DNA of 59,090 nucleotides, filler included, from Circinaria calcarea (Eukaryota): assembly GCA_051942165.1 (NCBI GenBank). It is 8 parts of 8 records of this genome, joined end to end, with 100 filler letters (N's around TTAATTAATTAA, not from the genome) between each part and the next. Parts side by side here need not be neighbours in the genome. Positions count along the whole stretch, not along the records: positions 1 to 7,331 come from JAVECS010001363.1; positions 7,432 to 14,743 come from JAVECS010001364.1; 6 more parts are not named here. One strand, written 5' to 3'. The first letter of the stretch is position 1, and each line of letters opens with the position of its first letter. Under the pieces are notes generated by a model. It ran no database searches, was not told where the DNA came from, and saw only the letters and a program-made list of their open reading frames with translations. The position numbers and the translations under genes are program-made. Below, piece by piece: positions 1 through 12,521 of the stretch.

Positions 1-555
1 GCTTCTCTGATCCAGGAATTTGACCTGGAAGACATCAATCAATCTGCCCATCCTATGGTTACTGTGACTCCTCATCTACGGCATGCCATAGGTGTGTTGG
101 TTGTCAGCGATAGTGAAGAGAGAGGGATTTTCAAGCCACTCTTAGAAGCAGAAACGGCAGCGCCCGCGCGACGAACAAGTCAGTTCGCAACGCCCAAAGA
201 CGGTGGTGATGTTATTGTCAAGATATGCGAGGGCGTCAGAGATATCAAGGTCACGAAACCAACGCCAAAGCCTAAGACTAACGGCAAGGCGACAGCTGCT
301 GAAGCTGGATCGGACTCATCGGATATGGACGATAGTGATGATGACGAGGACGAGGTAAGGGAAAAGATATGGAAAGTAGGAAAGGTGCTGGCCGAAGTGG
401 CAGTTAGGGACGTCAAGAAAGGAGGAAAGGTGGAGGTTATGGTTAATGTCAGTGGAGATCTGGGGGTTCACGTGACCGCGAGAGAGGTGGGTGGGAAAGG
501 CGGTGTCAGGGGTGTGTTAGAAAAGCCGGCGGTGCAGGAGAACGGCTCGGTTTGA
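1..555 (+). CDS. SSZ1: Hsp70-family ribosome-associated complex subunit Ssz1, 3' part (5' end beyond contig start)
   Basis: Frame is open from base 1 (ASLIQEFDLEDINQSAHPMVTVTPHL...) to TGA at 553-555. It has an acidic insert and the C-terminal 'KKGGKVEVMVNVSGDLGVHVTAREVGGKGGVRG', typical of filamentous-fungal Ssz1. Confidence 0.8.
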   Translation, partial: ASLIQEFDLEDINQSAHPMVTVTPHLRHAIGVLVVSDSEERGIFKPLLEAETAAPARRTSQFATPKDGGDVIVKICEGVRDIKVTKPTPKPKTNGKATAAEAGSDSSDMDDSDDDEDEVREKIWKVGKVLAEVAVRDVKKGGKVEVMVNVSGDLGVHVTAREVGGKGGVRGVLEKPAVQENGSV

Positions 556-2188
556 GCCGGGGATCTGTTCAGAATTGTTCTTTTAGCGAGAGATAGACAT
601 GAGGTAGACAGGATGGGACGCTACAGATTTTGAATGATCTTACTCGCCGTAGGACCTGCTGCTGACCAAAGGAAGGATGGACGGTACAAGCTACCTGTTA
701 ATCTACACATAGACTTGAAATGACATGCCGCTCGGTCTGAGTTCGCTGAAGGTATTCAGAACCTTTGCATTCCGTATCCCGCATTCTTATTAATTGCCAA
801 TGCTACGTGCTTCGTTTCTCTCACCGATGATTGCATGTTGCAACAGGTCTCCTACGGCAACCGAGGTTTGGCTGCCTCTCCACGGATTCGCATTGGTTTG
901 TGCCATTGCCAGAAGCCACATTGTTACGGTGACTTTCCGACAGAGAGGGTGAGAGGTGGAGACACGGGAAAGCGAGTCTGCATCGTTTCCAGCAATTTGC
1001 TCTTCGACATGCTACTCGGCCGGCGGCCGTCCTCTTCGCAATGGGCTTCGGGGAATGATAATACACTTCGATAAGGCCAGCACACGCTTCAGTACAGAGA
1101 ACAGTGTAGCATGTGTATTATGTGTATTTTCCTTGTCGTTAGCTCCATTGTTGTTGTTCACACTGACAATGGTGGTTGGAGCTGACGTTTCGCAATCGCC
1201 GAAAACCACTGACGCTCGAATGAATGCACTGCCCATCTTTAAACGTGAGACATTGTCCCGCGTCAAACCTTTGAATGCAGGAACCGACAGGGATACGGTA
1301 GCATCATGGACGCCACGCCTTATTACCGCATTCCCTGACACGCGCTAAGCCCGACCTGGCCAACCACATCGTCCCATCGTCGACCTTTTATCGTCGTGTG
1401 AATCTCACACGCGAAATGAGATGGACTCCAACTGCGTCAAGAGTAGCTATTTCCAGGCAAGAAAAGAACAGCCTATCATTTGGGCCGGTGTAGTACATTT
1501 TGCGGCTCGAGGTCACGGGCTAGTAGAATATGGCGAAGCGGGATCTCCATCACAGTGAATTGGGAGAAGCTGTAGCCGCAGACAAGTGGCAATATCATGG
1601 GAAAATCAACGTCTTGTTTGTTGTGCCATAATCGCCTTGTTTCATATAACTAAGCCAGTGCCCGTCTCCTGGGCGTCTCTTTCTGTTTGTACATTTCTCT
1701 CCTTCGCTGTAGTTTCTGCTTCAATGGATTCATAGCTACACACTGTCATTTACTTGATCATATTGTTCTTGAGCTGTGCTCAATAGCCACATTCACGCTT
1801 CAACAAAACCCACACTCGTTTCAGGATACGTTGAACCTTAGTAAATACACCGCTGCCCTCCAGCTTGAAGACAGAGCAGATTCCCAAATTACCGCAGCAC
1901 AGAATCCAACAACCAACGCGCGCGGTTGAACCTTGAGGCTATCAAGCACAATATAACCTTTTATCACACTATCCGATCTTGTCGTGCTACCTGATACTCT
2001 ACACTCATTCACCACTCCGCGCATCGCGTCGCGCTCACAGACTTGGACAACCAGTGCCCTTACATTCCCTCAGACAGTTCAACCATCAACAGCTTCTGCA
2101 TTCTGTTCTCTACGAACGCAACCTCCATTCTTTGCGCTTCACCAAGCACCCACAGCAGCTATCCTCCTTAAATAAACTGGCCGCAAAA

Positions 2189-2662
2189 ATGCGCCTCACC
2201 CTCACACTCCTCACAATCCTCCTCTCCTCCCTCTCCCTCTCCACAGCCGCCATGGTTGAATCCTCCGCAACAACAACCACAACCTTAACGTCCACGTCCA
2301 CCCTTACAATCACCCGTACCCTCGTCCGCGCTTCCACAACCGGCACTACCACTCTCTCGACCTCCATCTCTTCAAGCTTCGGTCCCTATTACACATCTTC
2401 TCCACTCGCCTCAACTGGCTTCGCATCCTCGTCTTCCGCATTCACATCAGCGTCGGCATCTAAATCACGTGCGGGCGGAACCCTGGGAGGACCGGAAGCG
2501 CCAAAGGCTACAGGCACAGGCACGGGCACAGGGACCAACGAAACTACAATGGCACCGTACACCTTTTTGGGCGCTGCACCCCAAGCCGCAAGATCCTCCG
2601 GTAAGGGACTACTCATTACCGTTGCGGCGGTAGTGGTTGGATTGGTGGCGGTAGGATTCTAG
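2189..2662 (+). CDS. Small Ser/Thr-rich secreted, probably GPI-anchored cell-wall protein
   Basis: ATG in good context (CAAAAATG). Hydrophobic signal peptide MRLTLTLLTILLSSLSLSTAA, S/T-rich body, and hydrophobic C-terminal tail LLITVAAVVVGLVAVGF. Confidence 0.8.
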   Translation: MRLTLTLLTILLSSLSLSTAAMVESSATTTTTLTSTSTLTITRTLVRASTTGTTTLSTSISSSFGPYYTSSPLASTGFASSSSAFTSASASKSRAGGTLGGPEAPKATGTGTGTGTNETTMAPYTFLGAAPQAARSSGKGLLITVAAVVVGLVAVGF

Positions 2663-3323
2663 GAGGGGCCGGATGTGGGTGATACACTTGTATGATACAA
2701 TTGGTATGGGAATTTTCCCTTTGCGGGAGCGGGTGTTAACAAGGGGGCGTTCGCTAGCCGTAATTAAAATCCCTCCATCTTGGATTGTTTTTAGGAATGT
2801 GTGCGGTACGGTGTTGGCGCTGTGGTGGATCCATCCCGAGCTGAGTGAAGCGGGAAAGACGGCGGGAAATCATCCCGCATATATATGAACGGCGATTCTG
2901 AATGAATAAAACTTGTTCCTATCCTACAGAGCACGGCTTGGGGTTTTTACCTTCTTGTGATTGTTTACTTAACCCCCAACTCCCCCAACTCCTCAACTCC
3001 CTCAAGCAGTCCACATATCAAAACCCCCCAGCCTTAGCTCAACCTCCTCTCCTCTTCTGCACTAAAATCAATAAGCGATATTAAAAAAATGCCGAAGAAA
3101 GTCGTAGTAAGTTTAAAAGGTAAGAATAAACAGATTAAGCTTTCATTGATTTGTTTTTGAAAAAATAGGGTGAGAAGCGGTAGGGTGGGAGGCTTTTTGG
3201 TAATGGTGCAGGTTATTTAATTCCGAGGTTGTTTTGTTTTGCGTACGCGGTACCATAGGTTAGGGATGTTTTATTTCCCGTTTTGTTTTGTTTTATTTTC
3301 CTATGTCGGATATGGATATGAGA

Positions 3324-3398
3324 GGGTTTAGGTAAGGGTTAGGGGGGTCAGGGTTAAGGGTCAGGGTTAAGGTTAGGGTAATGGTAAGGGTCAGGGTC
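3324..3398 (+). repeat. Degenerate telomere-like (TTAGGG/TCAGGG/TAAGGG) tract
   Basis: About 12 consecutive variant units: GGGTTTA GGTAA GGGTTA GGGGGGTCA GGGTTAA GGGTCA GGGTTAA GGTTA GGGTAA TGGTAA GGGTCA GGGTCT. Confidence 0.6.
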
Positions 3399-3574
3399 TG
3401 GCTAGTGTGAGTCACGTGCATTGTGATAACCATTCGATTCTGAGGCGATTCTTCTGAGGAAGAGGAAAAAAGTTTCGTGAGGAAACAAGGAGGAGGAGTT
3501 GTAGAGGGAAATGGGAAATGATGATTTAATACTCGGGAAGGTATACCGTAGACTAGATTAGATTATTTCAAAGC

Positions 3575-3612
3575 TTTCCCCTGTCCCTTATCCCTTATCC
3601 CTAACCCCTAAC
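3575..3612 (-). repeat. Short degenerate telomere-like tract in the opposite orientation
   Basis: The + strand reads CCCCTGTCCCTTATCCCTTATCCCTAACCCCTAAC, i.e. (CCCTAA)-like units. Confidence 0.4.
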
Positions 3613-3739
3613 ACTTCCATCCAGTCCATAATCCCAATCAAAACTTTCCCCTCCTCTCACCAAGTCCGTAACGATTAGATCCCCTTCCAATCAAATTGTT
3701 CATGGAATGGCTGTTATCCTAGTAGCATACGAGCGTGCG

Positions 3740-5823
3740 TGCGGGGATTATCATGGTGTTTTTCCGGGGGAAAGGAAGTGGGTGTTGCCAGACTTGATTC
3801 ATGCAGGCACCAGAGAGAAATAGAATAACATGTGTTCTGCCGGCCTTGCAGGGTAGGGACAATGGGTGGGAATAAAGGCCTTTGGTGCACGCAAGAACGC
3901 GATAGAGACTCTAATACCCCACGAAAGCATCTTTTCCCCCATTCCCGCAGGAAGAGTAGAACTGGCTTCTCGGGATCCGGGGCTGCAAACTAGAGTATAC
4001 CTTAAAGGGCCTATGAACACGTGGGGCTCTCTAACGGAGTAGGAAGAGCCCCACGGCAACGAACAAGGATATAACTGAGTTAGCGTAACCTTCACCATCA
4101 AGGATGAAATAGTAAGCGTCACCATTGAAGCCCACGTCGTTAGCTTCGGGGCAGATCATATCAGCGATTCGACCCGCCAAAGGCAACTGCCATAAGACGA
4201 CAAAAGTCGTTATTAAATTGTAGGAGAAGTCCGGCCGAGGGAGCTCCACATGACCAGGAGGAAGCCCAGAAACGAGCTAACGGGATTAAGCCTTCTTTTG
4301 CGAGCTCCTGGTAAACTCGAGATGAGGTGAATGCAACGGACATGACATTGCCAAGTGCGGACATGGCGATAAATATATTTGGTGATTACTCGTGTTAGTG
4401 AGCGTGTGTAGAAGAGTTTGGGTATACCTTAGAGCTCGTTCTGCCTAGGCACCGAAGACCAGTCCGGAAAAGTAAGCAGCTACCGTTACACCACTTTCAT
4501 TGGATTGTTGTGGTGTAGCTACTGAGAGCTATGCTAGATTTGTAAAAAAAAAAAATAAGAATCCAAAGGCGCCAAGCTCTAATGGCCCTGCAATCTTGAG
4601 GGTCCTCAATAGTCACCTGACCCCATTAAGGACAAAGGTAGCAATAGACCACTTAAGGAGCAATCATTAGACTTGATTTCAAGATGTGACACCTTTAAGA
4701 TCATACCCAGTATATCAATTGGGAACCCTGAATAGCGCAGTAGCGTAACCATAACCTAATCGGGAGGAACCAGCAAAGAAGTTTTGGAAACTTGTATGCG
4801 GATCCGGTATCTTGTCGATTCTTCCGCTGAGGATTACTCAGCCTTAACGATTATGAATGCCAGGATGGAAGCCTTAATAGCCGCGAGGAAATTCATAACT
4901 CGAACGCCCCATTTGGAGGAGAATGTGTACAAACGTGACAAAGATTAAAAAACTCACCGCTATTCTACGTTCTGCCTATTCGCTCACAATTTGGTTTGCT
5001 GCTACTAAGACGTTGGCTGCAAAAACAATGCAATTCGCAGCTGAAGGAAGAAGTCAGTGCTCACTCACAATTCTGAGAAGATCGAGATGGTCGGGATTCA
5101 ATCGGGTAGCAGTCGAATCAAACTAAAAGGATGATAACAACGTTCCGTCTAATTGCAGGAAGCCCGGCACCTTAACTGCCATATTTCCTAATCAAGAAAG
5201 TAAGTGACAGAAGTAACCACTACAATCGCGAGGAAGAAGGCTCGGGTGAGATCTGCCGAGAACAGTCGCCTAGTTGACGACAGGAGGATACCGGTAGCAG
5301 GAGAGTGAGAATAGTAGGTTCGAGGAGAAGACTGACTGCTCAACTCACTAGAAAGCTGAGTAAGATGGCTCGTATGAAAAAGCCCACCGTTGCTAGAAAA
5401 CGGGGTCTTTGGTATACAGCTTCCAGATAAATATTTTCACGTCCGCTCCTTGGAAACATGCACCCGATTTCCGACCAGACACAAAGGCCTGCAAATAATA
5501 AGGCTAGTTCTAGGACGTACAACATCAGCGCGGCGCCCACACTGCCAACGCTTGCGGTGTGCAAAGAATGCCTGTGCCAATAATCGTACGGATTTGGATC
5601 GTAATGTCAGGGCCATTATCAATGTCTCCCTAAAACAAAATGAAGTCAATGCCTTTACATAAGGAATGCCGTCGAAGTCAGACCTAGATAGCAGCCTATG
5701 CCACCGCCGTGTCTTCATCGAGATAGCTCTCCTTATTGGAGTTCCTCATACGGAGCTTCATTTGCTGGAGAAAACTCGGTCCTTGGGGCTCGTTTCCAAC
5801 AAGAACGCTATCTTCCACGCCAT
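3740..5823 (-). pseudogene. Decayed APC-family high-affinity methionine permease (MUP1-like)
   Basis: Collinear Mup1-like segments lie in several frames: IIGTGILCTP, GSVGAALMLY..FPRSGRENIYLEAVYQRPRFLAT, KWGVRVMN, RTLKIAGPL, SALGNVMSVAFTSSRVYQELAKEGLIP, DAYYFILDGEGY. In-frame TGA stops occur at 4838-40, 4715-17 and 4613-15, with frameshifts and a 12-nt homopolymer at 4544-4555. Ends are approximate. Confidence 0.85.
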
Positions 5824-7095
5824 TCTGATTCTTGTGTAAATATACGATCTTAATACGACCAGGACAGGGTTTGGCTGTCGCAACAACATGAGGCTCAGCA
5901 AACACATTAAGAGGATGTCATATAAATCTGTGTATCGAGGAATAGATACGGACAACTCAAGCAAACTCTGGTGATACCCCACGATTTTCGTGGTTACACC
6001 CTTTCGAATAAACGTGCATCGCATCTTAGGGTCCAAAGCAGGTCATCCATGCACGCCGAAGTATTTTTGGCCGTATTATCCGAATTGCAGGTCACGTCGC
6101 AGGTATCTGTCTTTTGTATGAAGCTTCGAACCATGGGGAAGGCCCACAAACAGAGCGCGCGCAAGACGCCTACCACAACTCAGGAAAAGCGATCTTAAAA
6201 AATGGTGGAGTGGTAATAAGTAATCGAAAACAGCAAATTCAAAATCCATCTACGGGACGGCCAATCTCGGGAGAGGTTATAGGTACTATCGCAAGAGATT
6301 GGGGGGGGGGGGGCTTTGCTAGATGGATGTACCGAATCGCATCTACCTTCCTTAATGTCCTCTCTTCCTGTAATACTTGACCTAGGAGGATGCCCGTGAG
6401 AAGGTGACAGTTAGTAGATAGTGTTTTCTATCGTTGCCTTTCGCAGTGTGGTGGTATCTTCGTACCAAAGACGCCATGCGATTGGATCTAGAATACTTGG
6501 TGCATCGAAAATAGTTCTATGTGTGCGAAAGTCCAATTGAGCGGTCGATACGCATCAATTAGGAGTGGTCCTACATTCCAAAATTCAAGCGCGTCATTTG
6601 GGAGGTTTAGCTAAATTTTGTCATGCTCGGAGAATGTTAGGTAGGCGCGGAATAACTGTACTCCTAGCCAATCTATACCCTGCTCTGGAGGGAGCCCCAG
6701 TCTAGCTTTACGTAGCTCTAATGTTATTAACAATAGAGCTATATTATGCTAGTAGGACCATTTCTGATCAATAAAGAAACGCAGATTTTGGGCCAACATG
6801 GTATGCCTGTTACTTAGGTCTTCCCATATCAGGCTTAAGGTGTCGGTGCCGGCCTTCCGTACATAACACACCTCTTACAGAATCTTGCTAAACCTCCCAA
6901 TTACTGCTAATATGGTAAGGCAGTATTTCACATGTTACTGATTTTCTTGAACTCTCCGCCGAGTCGCAACCGGGGGTGCCGGGTACCACGCGGGCACTAA
7001 ATTAGAGTGTAACCCCCGGACCTGGCGTCTCCAATAGTCGCGTTTCGTTGAACACTCCTCGTGTACTCTTAATATTCCAAGCGCATCACAACGCT

Positions 7096-7331
7096 ATGGA
7101 GTCTGGCGACTTATTGGCTTTACCGACGCTCTTCGATAGAGACGCAAGTCCGACCTTGAGTGACCTTGAATTCTTGAACGAGCTGCCTGTCAGTCTTGTG
7201 GACAATCCAGTCGCAACAACCATATCCACCGATCTTACCTTACCACCGCAACTCCTCAATAGCGAGGCGCGACCTCAGATAAGTCTGCTTGGAAGGAAAC
7301 GAACCAGGGAGGATAGCTTTGCCAATTCCAG
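7096..7331 (+). CDS. Possible 5' end of a hypothetical protein, truncated by contig end
   Basis: ATG-initiated frame MESGDLLALPTLFDRD...GRKRTRE (basic NLS-like patch) runs into the gap. No family recognised. Confidence 0.3.
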
Positions 7332-7431
7332 NNNNNNNNNNNNNNNNNNNNNNNNNNNNNNNNNNNNNNNNNNNNTTAATTAATTAANNNNNNNNNNNNN
7401 NNNNNNNNNNNNNNNNNNNNNNNNNNNNNNN
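7332..7431. other. Artificial contig linker N44-TTAATTAATTAA-N44
   Basis: Identical 100-nt spacer with stops in all six frames, repeated seven times in the window. Confidence 0.99.
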
Positions 7432-7660
7432 CCTAAGAACAACTTAGCTAGCGGGATATGACCATTTGACCATGTCATACCATACCATGGCGAAGACAGT
7501 TTGGTAGCGCTGCCTGATATGTAGATGTAGCTTCGAGAATAACTATGTCAAAATTAAATTCGCGGCGGGATCCGCGGCTAAGCCCTAATCTAAACGTGAA
7601 ATCGACACACGAATCGGCTTAATCTCCACGATTATTAGTCCTACCATATCCAATCGAAAG

Positions 7661-9267
7661 ATGGCCAGTCCTTTTGGCAGCATCGACAATATACGTATTA
7701 GGATTTCAACCTTAGAATCAGAACTCCGAGATCTGAGGGAGCAGCTCGCGCTTGCAGAGGGCTTTGAAAATAAGAATGTGCCGTCCGTACCCAGCCCAGT
7801 TTTGCCTTGCAATGGCAAGGAGAACCCTGCGATAAACGATTGGCTGTGGCCATTAGCAGCAGAGGAAAACACCAGGTATGGTAGACAAATGATCCTCCCA
7901 GAGATAGGCTTGCAAGGTAAAAATACCCTCTTCTACTATCGTATCCGAGAGTGAATGGTCTCTAAGCTTATATCGCGTCAAAGGCCAGTTGAATCTTCGA
8001 AACGCGTCTGTGCTTGTCGTTGGCCTAGGAGGTTTGGGATGCCCCGCTGCAATGTACCTTGCGGGTGCTGGTGTCGGCACCATTGGCCTACTAGATGGCG
8101 ATACTGTCGAGTTGTCAAATCTGCACCGGCAGATATTACATACTACCCACAGGGTCGGTCACTTGAAGGTTGACAGTGCTAAGGAAAGCCTCCGTCAGTA
8201 TGCCTTTCATATTTGTAGGTTTTGAAGCTCTTTCTGACTGATTCAGACTCAACCCAAACCCTCGCTATGTTACCCACCCAGAGCACCTAACTTCAGTGAC
8301 ATCGGTTAAGCTCATAGAGAATTACGACGTTGTACTCGACTGTACTGATCATCCAACTTCACGCTACCTCATCTCAGACGCCGCGGTGCTCGTGGGAAGA
8401 CCCTTGGTATCTGCATCAGCACTGCGAACAGACGGCCAACTGATGGTCCTGAATAATCCCCCGAATAACCATGGAAAGGCGAACGGAGGCCCTTGCTATA
8501 GGTGCGTTTTTCCAAAACCACCACCTGCGGAGAGCGTTGTTGCTTGTGGGGAAGGAGGAATACTAGGACCCGTGGTAGGTGTTATGGGTGTATTGATGGC
8601 ACTAGAAGCCATCAAGATAATTGCGAGTACAAACAAGACAGTAGAGGGAAACGCTGCAGGTGGGCTCAGCGGTGATACGCCATCCATGCTACTCTTTTCT
8701 GCCTACAATAACCCGCCTTTTCGAAGCGTTCGTCTACGCGGGAAACGAGCACGATGCATTGCATGTTCCGACGCAGCCACCATCACGAAGGAAGCCTTGG
8801 CTTCCGGCTCACTCGATTATGCCGTCTTTTGCGGTGTCAAGAAGCAGATTGCAGTCCTTGATGAAAGTGAACGGGTTAAGGCGAAGGACGTCTTGGAATC
8901 CAAACATAATGGAAAGACTCCAATTATCCTCGATGTGAGAGATGCGACTCAATTTGATATCTGCCACATCGACGGAAGCATCAACGTTCCGTACTCTCTT
9001 ATTGAGTCCGCTTTCCGAGCTAGACAAAATAAGGATTCCGAGGATCAATCCCTGAGAGCGCTTTGTAACGCATTGTCACAACCTCAAACTCGGCCCGGAG
9101 ACATCTCAATCTACTGCTTATGTAGATTCGGAAATGATTCACAGCTTGCGGTACGCAAATTGAAACAGCTAGGATTTGACAGTGATGGGAGGAGGTGGAT
9201 CGGAGATGTGAAAGGAGGCTTATCATCCTGGAAGCGAGATGTTGATCCTTCATGGCCGGAGTACTAA
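7661..9267 (+). CDS. UBA4: Adenylyltransferase/sulfurtransferase Uba4 (MOCS3/CnxF): ThiF domain plus rhodanese
   Basis: Exons 7661-7916, 7984-8197 and 8247-9267. Motifs [51 protein letters not shown] and rhodanese CRFGNDSQ. Confidence 0.95.
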
Positions 9268-10273
9268 CGACCTTTACTACATTGACGCCGCTTAGGAGGG
9301 CCTCGACGCACATCCCAATCGTATTACCTCCGCTTTACAATCTCTCAGCCGAGATGAGATCAGCCGTTAACGTGTAGACTGTGCTCGACAACGTTTCACA
9401 GCGCCACATTACTAGCAATAGCAATTAGGAGCATTTATCTAATACGCTATAAATGGCAACGGGGGACCATAAGCCACAATCTTATTTATAGAGTATTAAA
9501 CGACCAAAGTGCGTGTTAGCAACTGCCCAAGGGGGCAAGAGGAATAAAAAAATTTGTTCCCTTCCCCGTAACACGAAAAAAAATAAAACATCTTATCCAA
9601 TCGAGCACACAACATTAGGGCTCTTCTATTCTATCAAATCTAACCCCCTTAGCTATTCATTCATTCATTCTTCTACCCTTGACCCTTTGCATATATTTAT
9701 TTCACACCTCCCTGCCTGCACTGCACTGCATAATACAATATACAATCTACAATCTAATAGCCGGACCCCCCCCCCGTCCGAATGCGGCATTGTCCAATGT
9801 CGCCCCCCAAAAAAGAGAGAATACCCAAAAGTCCTAGAGTAGGTAGTGTGTTCCAAAAGATAAAGAGGTTGAGGTTCGAAGTGATTGATTGGGGCAGAAA
9901 GCGAGAAGAAAGTGAGAAGAAAGTGAGAAGGGAGGGAGGGGGGGGTTGTTTACTCTATTTCCTTCCTTTCCCTCCGGTTTGGAAAAGTGTGTTTTTTCCC
10001 CGGTGGGGATCGAGATTTTGCTCTGGATGGATGCGACAAAACCGGACTTCATTGTGGTAAAGAAGTTGGTTTGTTATGTGTGGTCCAGGGAGGATAGATG
10101 GAATCGAGACAGACAGACAGACAGATGGAGGATGAAAAAACATGCGATTTATTTGGATAGTGAAACGCTTGTATTTTTCTATGTCGAGTAGTTTCCCGGC
10201 ATCCTATCGTCTACATTCATTCGTCCATTCATTCATAGCCCTTCTCCCCCATCAAACCTCCCCACGACGGGCT

Positions 10274-12521
10274 CTATCCCTCTCTCCCTCCCCCTAACTG
10301 CGCCTTCGTCTTCCCTGGTCCCTTGCCCAACAACGACTGGACACTAAAACCATTAAAGCCGGGCATGCTGATGCCGTTCCCAGGTGCAGTAGTCGGTAAG
10401 TCGAACGTCTGGCCGACCAAAGTCTGCGTGTCTTCCACCACACTCGAGTTGACCGCCTTGACATGGCGGGTGTAGAGCTCATACGTTGCGTCGGGCGGCC
10501 CTATTTCCGCGCCTCTGAAGGAGAAGTCCTGAGATGTGGTCCCGAAGCTGTAGGAACCGTTGCGGGCCGAGTAGTACTCCGCGCTTGCGACCTGAGTGGT
10601 CGACAACAGGGCCCCGCTGAAGAGAGGCAATGATTTGGGAAGTTGAAAGCTTTGGGGCTGGAGTTGGCCGGGGAGATTGAAGAGACTGGGGGTCGTGATG
10701 TTGAAGGTTTGGATACCGGATGGGAAGACGGATGAGCCGTAGACGTTGAAGTCGAGACCTCGAGTCAGTGATCCATTAATGCCAACATCACCGGCGGCGT
10801 TTACAGAGAATGAGTTGGTGACAGTGATGGGGTAGCTGTAGCCATTGACATAGCCGCTGGATGAGACGTCTGTTCCGGTGGTTTTCTGATTAGTAGACTG
10901 GACAAAGCCTTGGCCGCTGACATCATTAGTGTTTGAGTATGAGATCTGTTGAGTCCACACTGCCAGCTTGGAGCCGCTCGATGTCTTGACAGTAGAGGAT
11001 ATTGATATTTGCCGTGATACAGAGGTATTCTCCGAAAGGGTCTCATTGGTTCCGTTGGCGTTTTTGGTTACCGACGAAGAAATTGCAATTGCTGGCGGTG
11101 GTGCGCTTATCTTGGGACGAGATCCGGTAGTGATCGATCCTGTTTTGTCCAGAAAAAGAAAGATCTTTCCAGTCACAATCCAGTATGACCCTACACTTTC
11201 AGCGATTGTAGCCTGACCTGCTCCATTATCGTTCAGGCCTGCAACTCTGATCTCAAAGGTATGAGAAGTCCCATCACAAAGCAGAGGTAGCCAGGGCGTC
11301 ACGTCAATTTCGTGTTCCCTCAAGTCGAATGCATCAATACCCACAATTGGTCTCCACAGGCCAGGCACAATGCCTGTTGAAAGTCAGTACCTTACCAGCT
11401 CTAGACACTTTCGAAGTGGTAATGAATCAAGGGCCACAAAGCAAACAAGTCAAAGCTCGAACATGATCATAAACTTCTTTGTAAAAAGAGAAGGACTGAC
11501 CACCTGTGAATATGATTGGAAAAGGCCAGGAGACTCCGGCTAGTTGCCCATCTATCAAGAGTTGCACCTCCCTCCATGGTGAATTACCATACAAAGCCCC
11601 TGCTGTGCTCTCGAATGTGTTCGTGTCGGAGGAGAGGACATTTGTGTACCAGAACTCCTCGGTAGATTGCCCACATGCCTGAAGAGAAACAACAGCACGC
11701 TTGATATTTTGCGGTAATGTATATGCCACAGACGCGTTTTCTTGAGGGATTAAAAATGCGCTGCCTTGGTTGGACGCCGAAAGTCTGGCGGATATCGGCA
11801 AGATGCTATCTGCAGTAGCTGGGGAGTCCGGGACTGTAAAGAATGTTGCCGTCAGTGTCGTGTTGTATATGCCAGTGTAAGTATTGTCGACCAGATTGCC
11901 TAGGTCGAAAATGATTTTCTGGTTGGTCTTCCATAGAGCGTCATACTGTTGCATCTCTTTTGTGTATGTCCATATGATGCCATTGGCGCTTGGTTCCGCG
12001 GTAGATGTCCTAAAAACCTCGATATCTCCAAGATACATCAGACCCAGGCGATCGAATTGCCTTCCCCTGGATGTGACTGTAAAGTTCATGGTGACTCGGT
12101 TGAAGCTGCATGGAGGCGGTATGTAGTCGCCTATTTAATCAAGATATCAGCCAAAGGTTTCCGTAGTCTCAAAGAAATATCATGCCATACCAACGAAAGG
12201 ATCTCCATACGAGAAAGCAAAGTCGTGAACCATGCTATTATCATGATAAGCTAAACATGGTTTTGGTAAAGTATACAGTACTGTTCTCGGGACTCACAGG
12301 GTTTTGGTATATATACAGCCATACTGGTTGCTCGTCCCCGAAGGAGTCAAGACAGGCTCATAGACCTGAAAGTCATTGAGAAGCTCCGTTGGGGCAGTCT
12401 GGCGCTTGGATAAGGAATTGTCAGGATTTCGCCACGCCAGTACACTCTGTACTGCAGAAGTTGCAAAGACGCACAGAAGAAGCAACGAGAGGAAGTTGAT
12501 GGGCAGCGGCAGGTTGGCCAT
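10274..12521 (-). CDS. Secreted peptide-N4-(N-acetyl-beta-glucosaminyl)asparagine amidase A (PNGase A family)
   Basis: Signal peptide; spliced through three GT-AG introns. Motifs HDFAFSYGDPF, GRQFDRL, EVFRTSTAEP, EEFWY, PWREVQLLIDGQLAG, PIIFTGGIVPGLWRPIVGIDAFDL. Confidence 0.92.

Noticed and set aside
821..1348. Overlapping ORFs of 79-130 aa on both strands
   Set aside because: No recognisable motifs, several non-ATG starts and no consistent coding signal.
6965..7025. GC-rich hairpin CCGGGGGT...ACCCCCGG considered as a TPP riboswitch or ncRNA
   Set aside because: It lacks the CTGAGA and TGAT...TAAT...CAGCG core of TPP riboswitches and is not in an intron of a thiamine gene.
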